From positions 1 to 42,359 of the forward strand of contig JAGDXV010000022.1 in NCBI GenBank assembly GCA_023261805.1: a stretch of 42,359 bases of DNA, read 5' to 3'. This document shows positions 12,001 through 19,230 of the stretch, in pieces. Position 1 is the first letter of the stretch, and each line of letters begins with the position of its first letter. Origin of the DNA: Candidatus Parvarchaeota archaeon. Lineage in GTDB: Archaea > Nanobdellota > Nanobdellia > Parvarchaeales > Parvarchaeaceae. The translations under genes and the position numbers were made by a program. Under the pieces are notes generated by a model. The model was not told where the DNA came from and did not search any database. It saw nothing but the letters and a program-made list of their open reading frames with translations.

Positions 12001-14081
12001 TTGTCGATACTAATAATCCCTCAGGTCAGTATTACTGCGCACCTACTTTCGGCAATCTTAGCAATTCTTATCCAGGAAGTACTTCATATGATTCAGTCAA
12101 TGTCAGCTCTGAAGGGTCACTTCCTTATGAATGGTCAAGCAGCAAGAATTCGAATACTTTGTCTTCGCAGAGCCTTGAGGCAAGTTTCAGCTGCTCCGGT
12201 CAGGCAACTGTAGAGGAAAGCGAGTCGGTAGAGTACTATGAGTATAACACAACAACTGGCAATATACTTAATCCAGACGCAGGATCATGTACATTTTATA
12301 CGACACAGAATGAACCAGTTTCATGTAGTTATAATAATGGAATGAGCTCAGGTAGCAGATGCAGTACAAGTTTCTCAAATGGAAATCTTCAATCAGCAAT
12401 AAGCAGTCCTTCGACAGAGATCACCCTGAGTCCAGTTTCCTACTGCAAGCTTAATGAGAACCCGGCTGAGTACAGCACCTGGTACGTCTCTCCTGAATGT
12501 GCCCCTCCTCCAGGAAATGCAACTGCAGGTTATGCTTATGCAGTTTACACTTCACCAAGTGAAGCTAGAGAATCTGTCGTCAAAGTATATCCATATTCAC
12601 TGACTATATACACCACCGCCATAAGCTTGAATCAGGGTGAGAATACAACCTACTATCCAGGGGATTATTCTGATAGTTGTCAAAATGGAACCACTGCCAT
12701 AAAAGATGATGTTGGATTTGGATGGTCTTGGCATCCATATATGTCTTATGAGTTCGGTGTTTACACAACAAATCCTGATGGAATACCTTTAGTTGGTGGC
12801 TGCGAGGCGAACAGGGATACTTATGATGTAACAAATCCGACAATTTCTGTATCTACAAGTGGAAATGGATACCAATATACCTATTCCTGTCCTTCAGGCT
12901 ACTCCGGAAGCATACTGTCATGCGAAAACGAGTCAGCGTCGCGATCAGCAACTTTGAATAGCTCAGTCTTCAGTGCATCGTGTACATCAACATCCCCTGT
13001 GCTTACACAGACCACACAGCAATATTCGTCAAATTCACCGTATTATGGTGCAGCATGCACATCATGCGCCTCTCTTCCAAGCGGGGATCAGAATCTTTAT
13101 CAGCAACCGAATCCTCAAGCGTCTTGTCTTGCTCTTCCAAGGACGCAATTCAACAGTACAATGGCTCCGTATGTGCTTCAGTATTCGAATGATTCCAATA
13201 TAGGAATAGGTCTCGGAGTTTTAGGACCAAATTCAAGGTTGAATATCACTTTGCCCGGAGACACCGAGTCTACGCATAAGGATCTTTATATGACAAGTCT
13301 TTCTGAGGTGCAGACAGAAGCAGAGAATCTGTTCCTTCAGCTTTATCCTTTCTCTGCTTTGAATCAGAAAACTCTCGCATCAGGAATGGAAGAATCGTTC
13401 ATGTTTCCTTTCGATCTTCTGGATGCGTATCTCCTTCAGAATCCTTACTTTGGTGTGAGCGGCGAGCCAGGATTTATCAATGGAAGTGTATATGATGATG
13501 CAATGAATATCTTTTCAGGAGGCACACAATACAATTGTCCTAGCTCCAGCTTGAGGGGGAACTACGGAATATACGCCCTTGGAGAAGGTGTTCTTTGCGA
13601 TGGGAATAACCTGCCAAGCGACTATGTCAATGGAATCTACGCTTCATTAGGCACGTTGAATGAGGGACCACATGCTGTTCAGTTCTATAGCGTATCTGCT
13701 GGAAACAACAGCATACCTCCTACCGTTGGACTTTATAGTAGCGGCGGTCGGGCGGTTTCATTGAATACCGCTTGTTCGAATGGAAATAGCAGGTCTTTTA
13801 CGTTCTCCTATGATGGGACACAGAAGACGTTTGATATTTCATCGGATGACGAATGCGATCCAATAAACAATCTTTTGTATGGGTACATAATAAATTGCAT
13901 GTATCAGACACCGGAAAATCAGACCTATAACATAGGGTCAGTTTATTATTTAGCTTATGATCTACCAACAGTTTGGGATGTTAGTTATACCCTTCTTGTT
14001 TCTCCAAGGAGCTATAATGTTGTGCCGGTCAAGGTGAAGCTAGCGACAGGAAGCAGTGGCTCTTACATAACGATAGGCTAA
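6090..14081 (+). CDS. Giant (2663 aa) N-terminally anchored or secreted Cys-rich surface protein, putative adhesin
   Basis: Uninterrupted 8-kb ORF with GGTGGTGAT Shine-Dalgarno-like site. Hydrophobic N-terminus FLLSILFLLVIVFVFSFSA, many N-x-S/T sequons and Cys, no C-terminal TM helix. Confidence 0.75.
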   Translation: MAITRLNGFLLSILFLLVIVFVFSFSASRNTVNSTPVGNSILSPYVLSSLNKTVSSVDSISSLDPSFSNLISNNEYICPSYPCALNSSIWNTYSQLAEQSGTLSSIFSILTTSILGILSVPLNNGFDQVNQFIPGAVSGTTCIAPSSFSYYGPFLPSGSTDTSYSDFTGFFGYPQESTITPEYNVKFPSLFSGIINLTEVLTFNLAEGSVRSPYDEPGSKGVYNIIEWGQSSLHYYPGTSYMYAESTDADLYVNASPGQSSMISGNTFIVPAISCGATATPPVLIGTTYAVPLTSGFVPAVGLAAQSSVGSIVKSLVVNEFSSDDMFWSFYQYEGQFPQLAVKTLKSDFNFTEPSLNYAAFPPGNNGDSQYINNSGFFSVPVNATLFFGQQFNQQNFFVYESNNTILTYQTSSDTPSLADATKVSNVSAYSVPNLVPAYWPFLGVFGGSFGSSSGPDPALIYDTFKVDGILPVCNIGNGYSYCTMNNATSVNPISPYRLWDYEVSGNTYRTGSMFGGRTTTQNIGTCHNGICAVQPQSYSEPLNQNPYAPGYDPNDVYINTLEEDALNSFCFYGDNFDTSTGVYDSPSYTRIIPPLSSENYTVALGKCNGFFNSTDCFGSSNGNYLNFESGIFLSKVSCTSNGIYPTNVTDAWISSVSIANNAGQFCGYFGGKKAPVNPVTFTGLGQLYANNTVFTDTVSSCPSFNNGSAYVNLLVTVQNVGNSYITAPYLYVLYGNVQPSQMFYAEQNTPQNDYELYQTFLLNMNSQSSGLIQLRYLNGGPQEDMFFSRPGNSAQDIPISELFSGDQEYVNGPYNNSLLGMWLDYNGKIIRTSNTFLSYSNSGNTFPTVIIPGGKASFDIEIPLPVFEMLLKNNEKIGIYFGNMFNVNWWNTQIGQQYVPSSTSNSTYTHNTEYLDPSSSYPMPIWQYIVGSEMNIGNSVFKSVSIYSDSFSLSVSADNNNASILDLGVSTNILKFNGSGLYNLTKIQEGSNGVGPLSGSSLTCFATQDNMNDFDVFWSVHAASSSNLKFLMEKYYGENAYQNEIINIWRGLVFMPYASNVVLNYNNLPYFPTDTASFSLEEPAINSSSTVNQKIGFVSLQETGEQSSLKALSDVYHTLNTTRVNISQAFPTPASMYGFSISALVPIKNQSILKIGAMTQVSNSSPFSDIPVSITLLNADGSTCLSGVYPTDQYGVVNITEACSGLEGGKAIITSPSGPFSVTMYNNTPLNITNTSYNGAMVVAGNFSSFSSNNGYRVTLNLANSVFNGNGVSFTFSYIPESLVYKNSLLYLYYLNGTPFNCNPVDENIFGVSTLAPGEYRLYNGSILCSINSPFNYLRAVFFNVTNGAYLGGGDIESGLMIAYNQSSQGNLLKFWYNGKPVTSQDVNMSEIFPSQSPPYYTANSCVQNQLITNGVLNLSDSSVSSCSSLGNGQNYTIDLYVSSGGVMTKVSAAIFNLSLPASGSGMISMSPQVVLDAPSGIQNLTINNPSVPTPVFFSVASTAVTSCNDIRLIQPSGNAFPYEEIPFQVVSNVSLCDYVFIARPSLSGSKITYEIYRSTQPAIPYSSNWGSFSNDVYYYKIKADNYSADLLPNCMASLGPCLSNVTAFGKSVGTLLLNNASAYSTEMRPVASGPVMNCIDVLYTSSYTLKLPVSGFGGLNYNLNRLYQIATPSQQIISSYCFFRGSDVILDYISMTGPQVPFSLENKLNTTFISAQSGNGLSMGLPKPISTSCLSSTTASYTTTTVGVGGSTTTYVISPNCLSIPPPPQEPNMKNVTLPSSYFNTANGPFFCLGQTYPTYTPQFEFYSTGTQADSYGNYNNMSGGLSYLYTPGNYSITTQYGNTIYYDTCIPPSGTAETVNTLNEPKFYFGSSIGQPYDGSSGENYLEKNVAMTAIKNTGVSSNILFNPNGGELIGKCPINTSISDYTFCIKPVGSQYFYPTNSYPGGLEGLPNNRSSVYNYPIGGGCLVDTNNPSGQYYCAPTFGNLSNSYPGSTSYDSVNVSSEGSLPYEWSSSKNSNTLSSQSLEASFSCSGQATVEESESVEYYEYNTTTGNILNPDAGSCTFYTTQNEPVSCSYNNGMSSGSRCSTSFSNGNLQSAISSPSTEITLSPVSYCKLNENPAEYSTWYVSPECAPPPGNATAGYAYAVYTSPSEARESVVKVYPYSLTIYTTAISLNQGENTTYYPGDYSDSCQNGTTAIKDDVGFGWSWHPYMSYEFGVYTTNPDGIPLVGGCEANRDTYDVTNPTISVSTSGNGYQYTYSCPSGYSGSILSCENESASRSATLNSSVFSASCTSTSPVLTQTTQQYSSNSPYYGAACTSCASLPSGDQNLYQQPNPQASCLALPRTQFNSTMAPYVLQYSNDSNIGIGLGVLGPNSRLNITLPGDTESTHKDLYMTSLSEVQTEAENLFLQLYPFSALNQKTLASGMEESFMFPFDLLDAYLLQNPYFGVSGEPGFINGSVYDDAMNIFSGGTQYNCPSSSLRGNYGIYALGEGVLCDGNNLPSDYVNGIYASLGTLNEGPHAVQFYSVSAGNNSIPPTVGLYSSGGRAVSLNTACSNGNSRSFTFSYDGTQKTFDISSDDECDPINNLLYGYIINCMYQTPENQTYNIGSVYYLAYDLPTVWDVSYTLLVSPRSYNVVPVKVKLATGSSGSYITIG

Positions 14082-14115
14082 AAATTTTAAATTCATGCTA
14101 CGATTAGAATAACCA

Positions 14116-14610
14116 ATGGAAAGCATAAAGATCGAGAGGATATACTTTGAAAATAAGGAAGGTTACAATGTAATAATAGGTCAAAGTCACTTTATCAAGA
14201 CAGTGGAAGACATATACGAGGCGATAGTCACCGCCTCTCAGTCGATCAAGTTTGGAGTCGCTTTCAATGAGGCGTCAGGTACAAGGCTAATAAGATATGA
14301 TGGGAATGATGATAGGGCGGTAAATTCAGCCATAGACATAGCAAAAAGAATCGGTGCAGGCCATGTTTTCTGTGTTGTTTTGACACAGGGGTATCCAATT
14401 AACATACTAGACAGAATAAAGGGTGTGGAAGAAGTTGTGTCTTTATACATATCAACGGCGAACGATTTCTCAGTAGTCATAGCGGATGACGAGAAAGAAG
14501 GAAGGGGCGTCCTTGGTGTCATAGACGGTAAATCTCCGAAAGGAGTGGAAGATGATCAAGAGAAATCAAAAAGACATAAATTTCTCAGGGACATAGGGTA
14601 TAAGAGATAA
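14116..14610 (+). CDS. Adenosine-specific kinase family protein (PAE2307/DUF355-like)
   Basis: Family motifs NVIIGQSHFIKTVEDIYE, FGVAFNEASG, GAGHVF, GRGVLGVIDG and C-terminal IGYKR. Confidence 0.85.
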   Translation: MESIKIERIYFENKEGYNVIIGQSHFIKTVEDIYEAIVTASQSIKFGVAFNEASGTRLIRYDGNDDRAVNSAIDIAKRIGAGHVFCVVLTQGYPINILDRIKGVEEVVSLYISTANDFSVVIADDEKEGRGVLGVIDGKSPKGVEDDQEKSKRHKFLRDIGYKR

Positions 14611-14611
14611 A

Positions 14612-14698
14612 GTCGGGGTTGTATAGTGGTTAGTACGCTGCCCTCATGAAGAAAATTAAGAAAGGCAGAGATCGAGGGTTCAAATCCCTCCCCCGACA
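14612..14698 (+). tRNA. tRNA with CAT anticodon (probably elongator Met) and a 14-nt intron (about 14649-14662)
   Basis: Acceptor GTCGGGG/CCCCGAC, D-stem GTAT/GTAC, anticodon stem CTGCC/GGCAG around a 21-nt loop starting CTCAT, T-arm GAGGG-TTCAAAT-CCCTC, discriminator A, no encoded CCA. Confidence 0.85.
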
Positions 14699-14700
14699 GT

Positions 14701-15504
14701 TCAGGAGTGGAGCTCTGGTACTATAAATGTAGGCGATACGCCGTATTCTTCCAGGTATCTTTCATTCTTTTTTATTATTATGTCTCCATAAAAAACAAAG
14801 GGTATACCACTTTTGTCAAAGTTTAATTTACCTTTTACTTCACTTTTTAGATGATCCTTGTCCTCTTCTAAAAGAGATATCGCCGCTATCAACTTGCTGT
14901 GATAAGCGGCCTCCAGTCTTTCTTCCAGTCTTCTTCTTATATCAGCCAGATCGAAGGAGGAGTATTTGTCAGGATAATCATTTATCGTCCCGTCCTTTAT
15001 GTTTATTCTTAAGTTTTGATCCACAGGTATTGTGCCGATGTTTATTCTTTGCCACAATAGATCAAATAAGTAATCTATAGTTTTTTCATAAAACTTTATG
15101 CTTTCCTTCCCTTCAGGCAGTCCGGTGATGACATTGAGATTTTTTACTATCCTTTTTTCCTGGTTTTCATAGTATTCCCCTTCTCTGAGTCTAATCAATT
15201 CATATTCAAACAATGCACGATAAATAGCATATTTCTCTCCATACGGCAAGACAATCAGATAATTTTCCTTGTCATTTTTAGATTCAATAGTTTGTACGAT
15301 ATAATCGATTGTATGCTTGATTTTCTCGTCTACTTTTTCTTCAACCATTTTAAAGGGGGAGAATTCACCTGGATTAATTATAAATTCTTTCCTATTTGGA
15401 TAATCTACTATTTTTTCCAGATCAGTTTCAGTTTTCATAAAAACCGAGTTATATTCAGTATTATAATGTAGTGATTCTATTAGATATTTAAACATTTCTA
15501 ACAT
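14701..15504 (-). CDS. Hypothetical protein (267 aa)
   Basis: Long ORF, K/E/I/Y-rich, visibly AT-richer DNA, no recognised motif. Confidence 0.55.
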   Translation of the reverse strand: MLEMFKYLIESLHYNTEYNSVFMKTETDLEKIVDYPNRKEFIINPGEFSPFKMVEEKVDEKIKHTIDYIVQTIESKNDKENYLIVLPYGEKYAIYRALFEYELIRLREGEYYENQEKRIVKNLNVITGLPEGKESIKFYEKTIDYLFDLLWQRINIGTIPVDQNLRINIKDGTINDYPDKYSSFDLADIRRRLEERLEAAYHSKLIAAISLLEEDKDHLKSEVKGKLNFDKSGIPFVFYGDIIIKKNERYLEEYGVSPTFIVPELHS

Positions 15505-15530
15505 GATTTGTTTTTATAGATAGGATTGTA

Positions 15531-15950
15531 ATGTATGTTATGGATAGCTTTCTTTTAGGCATACTCATAGGGATAATACTTTCAGCAGTAGCCTCCTTTT
15601 TGTTGTACAGATTGATTTTATTTAGGAGAATAAGGCGGTGGAAGGAAACTGAGCTGCAGAAGGAAATAGAAAAGGCATTAGAAAGGCAAAGATCCGTGGT
15701 GAAAGGAAAAATAAGCGAACAGTTGGTGCCTTTTCTTTCAGATGAGCTCGGGACGCCATCAGATGCAAGATTCATCGGTGATCCGGTGGATTATGTTGTT
15801 TTTGATGGACTATCAAGAGGGGATGATCAAAAGGTCTCTGTCAAATTTGTCGAAGTGAAGACAAGCGGATCGAAATTGAACGATCGTGAGTCTAGGGTGA
15901 GAGACGCAGTTATCGATAAACGTGTTGAATGGAAGGAGATCAGGGTGTGA
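15531..15950 (+). CDS. Membrane-anchored Holliday junction resolvase-like endonuclease (Endonuc_Holl family)
   Basis: N-terminal TM helix, SVVKGKISEQLVPF, DARFIGDPVDYVVFDG and PD-(D/E)xK motif FVEVKT. Confidence 0.8.
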   Translation: MYVMDSFLLGILIGIILSAVASFLLYRLILFRRIRRWKETELQKEIEKALERQRSVVKGKISEQLVPFLSDELGTPSDARFIGDPVDYVVFDGLSRGDDQKVSVKFVEVKTSGSKLNDRESRVRDAVIDKRVEWKEIRV

Positions 15951-15954
15951 AGCC

Positions 15955-16266
15955 TCACAATTTTCTCACAATAAATCTCTCCTGAACCTTGCTGTTTTTA
16001 ACCACAATTCTGTCTCTTTTCAATTTTTGGATCTTCATAAGAACTGTTTTCCTATTATTCTTTCCTTTGATCGTATATCCCCCAACCCTGTGATCGCTCC
16101 TCACAACCTTGTAACAAGGATATCTATCCGGTTGTCCGTTCTTGCTCAGGATTTTTCCAACATATCTCGCCGGAAGTCCAACTTTTTCTCCTATTGCTTT
16201 GTATGTTGTGACTTTTCCCTTGGGTATTGAAAGCAAGAGCTTATAGACCTTCATTTCCTTTTTCAT
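15955..16266 (-). CDS. ogt: Methylated-DNA-protein-cysteine methyltransferase (MGMT family, C-terminal domain only)
   Basis: IPKGKVTTYKAIG, HTH motif PARYVGKIL, active-site-like PCYKVVRSD and GGY. Confidence 0.8.
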   Translation of the reverse strand: MKKEMKVYKLLLSIPKGKVTTYKAIGEKVGLPARYVGKILSKNGQPDRYPCYKVVRSDHRVGGYTIKGKNNRKTVLMKIQKLKRDRIVVKNSKVQERFIVRKL

Positions 16267-16945
16267 TCGTAATCATCTCCAGTATCTGTTCCTCTTTCAT
16301 CGTCTCCAATCCAAGCCTTCTGAACCAGTCATTGATATTGCGTATGTCCCTGATCAGATACTGCCTTGTTGCACTGCTGAGTTTAAGCGCTTGGGAAAAA
16401 TCGATTATGTAAGGTTCTTCGTTGAAATTGAGTATGTTGTATGGACTAAGGTCTCCGTGTATTATCCCTCTTTTTGCAAGTTTTATTATATCATCGATTA
16501 TTTCCTTGTACCATCTGTCCACATCAAATGAACTGCTTTTTACAGCCAGTTCGGCGGGTCTTTTATCTGAGCCTATGAACTGCATCACTATCACATTTCC
16601 GCTTCTTCCATACGGCTCGGGACACTTTACTCCGGCGGAATATGCTCTTTTCAAGGTCTCATATTCGTAGCGGGTCCATTCATCTATTATTTTTATGAAG
16701 CCGCCCGCCCTTTTTCCCCTCAGTTTGAGGTATTCGGGTATCGATTTGAAGGTGTTTATGTTGTGTCTGTGTATTTTGATCGCCGAGGCCCTTCCAAAGT
16801 CGTCTTCTGTATAAAATATATTGGCTTCTTTTCCGCTTCCGATAGGGCCAGAGATCTCGTTTATCAGGCCCGAATTTATAAGCCTGCTTATGTTTTCACC
16901 GGTGTTTTTGTCAAATAAGGGGGAATATTTTTTATCTTTCTCCAT
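16241..16945 (-). CDS. rio1: RIO1-type serine/threonine kinase
   Basis: [10 protein letters not shown]-loop, [12 protein letters not shown] catalytic loop, IIDFSQA. Confidence 0.9.
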   Translation of the reverse strand: MEKDKKYSPLFDKNTGENISRLINSGLINEISGPIGSGKEANIFYTEDDFGRASAIKIHRHNINTFKSIPEYLKLRGKRAGGFIKIIDEWTRYEYETLKRAYSAGVKCPEPYGRSGNVIVMQFIGSDKRPAELAVKSSSFDVDRWYKEIIDDIIKLAKRGIIHGDLSPYNILNFNEEPYIIDFSQALKLSSATRQYLIRDIRNINDWFRRLGLETMKEEQILEMITNEKGNEGL

Positions 16946-18851
16946 GTTTCTTGAAAGCGGTTTTGATCGCCCTTATAAGCCTCATCTTCTCCCTTTTTCC
17001 TGTCATCGCGTAGTTTATCACGTCTGTTATAGATGTGGCGGTTATTATTTTTACCTTGTTTTTAAGCTGCGGTATAACATCGTCTTTGTTTGTTGATGGT
17101 ATGATCACTTCCTTTATCCCTGCGTTGATCGCTGCCTCAATCTTCGGATTGACACCCCCTATTGGAAGAACTTCTCCGAGTATGGAAAGTGAGCCAGTCA
17201 TCGCAACATCCTGTCTAACAGGTATGCCCGTAAGTGCAGAGAGGATGCTGACAGCTATACTTATGCTCGCACTATCCCCCTCAACACCTGAATAAGCCTG
17301 AAGGAATTGGATGTGTATATCATAGTCGCTCATCTGCTGCTTCGAATACGCCTTCACTATGGCTGAAACGTTTTTCACGGCCTCCTGTGCGATCTCACCG
17401 AGTTTTCCTGTGGCGATTATCTCACCGGCTCCCTTCCTCATGCTTTTTGTTACTATCGCTTCTATGGGCAGAAGCAAGCCAGAATCTGAATTTTCTATCA
17501 CGGCCAGTCCATTGACCCTTCCAACCCTCGCACCTTTTGTCTGTATGACATCATATTCCTTTTTCTCTTTGATGTACCTTGAGGCGACCTGTTGTTCAAA
17601 GGACGTCGCATACTCCTTTGCATTTATCACATCCTCGGCCTCAACTATTTTCTTCCCTTTCTCCCTCGCCATGTCGCCGGCAACACGTATTATGCCGCCA
17701 AGCTCTCTTAATTTCAGTGTGAGGGCATTCTTTTTGTCCGCTCTTCTTTTAGCTTCATTGACTATCTCTATAACGGCGTTTCTTGAGAAGGGAGGGATCC
17801 TTCCATCTTTTTTGATCTCCTGTGCCACAAATCTGGCTATTTTATCTCTGTTCTCGACCGTATCATCCATGAAATCATTCATGTAAACCTCATAACCATA
17901 CCCTCTTATCCTGGATCTCAGTGCCGGGCTCATCTTCGTTATTGACTCTGGGTTTCCAGCACCGACAAGAATAAAATCACAAGGTACAGGCTCGGTTTTG
18001 ACCATCGCTCCCGCACTTCTTTCGCTTCTTCCTGTTATAGGGGCTTTCTTTTCCTGCATCGCCGTAAGCAGCTGTATTTGCATCTCAGGGGTCATATCTG
18101 CTAATTCATCGATGAAGAGGACCCCTCCATTGGCCTTGTGTATGTCACCTAAAACGACCCTTTCATGAGGAGGTGTTCCAAGGCCGCCTGTTTGGAAAGG
18201 ATCATGTAGGACGTCGCCCAGCAGAGCCCCTTCCCTTGCCCCTGTTGCATCTACGAAAGGTGCAACCTTAACGTTCGAATTATCAAGCAGAAGTTTTGGA
18301 GTCAGAACATTGCTCACCCTTGTCCTTGTTAATCTATACATCAGGAGAACCATCAAAAAGCCGATAAGCATCGTTATTATGAAGAGCGTTCCGGAGATCT
18401 GATCAGCCGCTGCAAGCACCGCGTTTGACTGGGAGTTTACGATCAATTCGACGATATAACTGGCTATGAAAAAGGCAACAAGGATGCCCAAGAATATTAC
18501 CGTGCTGTTACCGTTATTGATCGATGCGAGGGCCTTAGCTTTGGATTGTGCGACTATCTTTTTTCCCTCACCGGCAGGGACGGTCTTTATTATTGGATTG
18601 TTCTCGTCTTTGGGGTTTGGATAAGCAAGAATATCCACGAGTTTTTCTGTTGGCAGCAACTCAGAGAGTGCCTGACCAAGCATACTCTTTCCAACGCCGG
18701 GCTGACCAACGAGAAGCACGTTCCTGTGCTGTATTGCAGCTTTTTTGATTATCTCGACCGCCCTATCTTGTCCTATGACTTGATCGATCAGCCTTTCAGG
18801 TACCTTGATGTCTTCCGTTGTTTTGAATTTAATGCTGAATTCCTCATCCAT
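16932..18851 (-). CDS. lonB: ATP-dependent membrane protease LonB
   Basis: DQVIGQD, Walker A GQPGVGKS, two TM helices inside the AAA domain, Walker B VLFIDE, catalytic GDSASIS with Lys in [10 protein letters not shown]. Confidence 0.95.
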   Translation of the reverse strand: MDEEFSIKFKTTEDIKVPERLIDQVIGQDRAVEIIKKAAIQHRNVLLVGQPGVGKSMLGQALSELLPTEKLVDILAYPNPKDENNPIIKTVPAGEGKKIVAQSKAKALASINNGNSTVIFLGILVAFFIASYIVELIVNSQSNAVLAAADQISGTLFIITMLIGFLMVLLMYRLTRTRVSNVLTPKLLLDNSNVKVAPFVDATGAREGALLGDVLHDPFQTGGLGTPPHERVVLGDIHKANGGVLFIDELADMTPEMQIQLLTAMQEKKAPITGRSERSAGAMVKTEPVPCDFILVGAGNPESITKMSPALRSRIRGYGYEVYMNDFMDDTVENRDKIARFVAQEIKKDGRIPPFSRNAVIEIVNEAKRRADKKNALTLKLRELGGIIRVAGDMAREKGKKIVEAEDVINAKEYATSFEQQVASRYIKEKKEYDVIQTKGARVGRVNGLAVIENSDSGLLLPIEAIVTKSMRKGAGEIIATGKLGEIAQEAVKNVSAIVKAYSKQQMSDYDIHIQFLQAYSGVEGDSASISIAVSILSALTGIPVRQDVAMTGSLSILGEVLPIGGVNPKIEAAINAGIKEVIIPSTNKDDVIPQLKNKVKIITATSITDVINYAMTGKREKMRLIRAIKTAFKKHGER

Positions 18852-18915
18852 TTTGAGTAAAACCCCTAATAATGAATACTTCTTTCAGGAATTTATACCC
18901 TAATGCGGTCGTCGT

Positions 18916-19191
18916 TCACTCGGTTTTTTCTTCCCCTTCAGAAGGGGCAGACACAACGCTCGAGATGATGAATATGTCCTCAATGGCTCTGACAAGGCTG
19001 TGCTGTATGATAGCACCTCTAGCCCCGCTGATCATCTTTGATAGATTTGATGAGGGCCCGGCTTTTACCCTCCAGCCTATTATCCTGTTGTCTTGAATTA
19101 TCGCCTCCTCGACCTCTCCAAAATATGCACCACTGTCAGTATACACCTTTAAACCGTACGTGCTCGAGACCGTTTTAAGCTTCAATGCCAT
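18916..19191 (-). CDS. PRC-barrel domain protein
   Basis: GLKVYTDSGAYFGEVEEAII...VRAIEDIFII, a typical PRC-barrel signature. Confidence 0.8.
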   Translation of the reverse strand: MALKLKTVSSTYGLKVYTDSGAYFGEVEEAIIQDNRIIGWRVKAGPSSNLSKMISGARGAIIQHSLVRAIEDIFIISSVVSAPSEGEEKTE

Positions 19192-19230
19192 ATCTATTTT
19201 GATTATCCCTGAATTTAAATATCTTCTTTT

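Noticed and set aside
1300-13203. Short alternative-frame and antisense ORFs inside the surface-protein cluster
   Set aside because: They lie within or across long ORFs, have no motifs and look like shadow ORFs.
14638-14668. Reading the tRNA as TCA (Sec or opal suppressor)
   Set aside because: The stem register places T at position 33 and CAT at 34-36. There is no long variable arm or extended acceptor stem.
14670-15530. Integrated element at the tRNA-CAU
   Set aside because: No duplicated tRNA 3' end or integrase was seen in the window.
17035-18860. Plus-strand ORFs antisense to lonB, including a 175-aa one
   Set aside because: Antisense shadows of a confidently identified gene.
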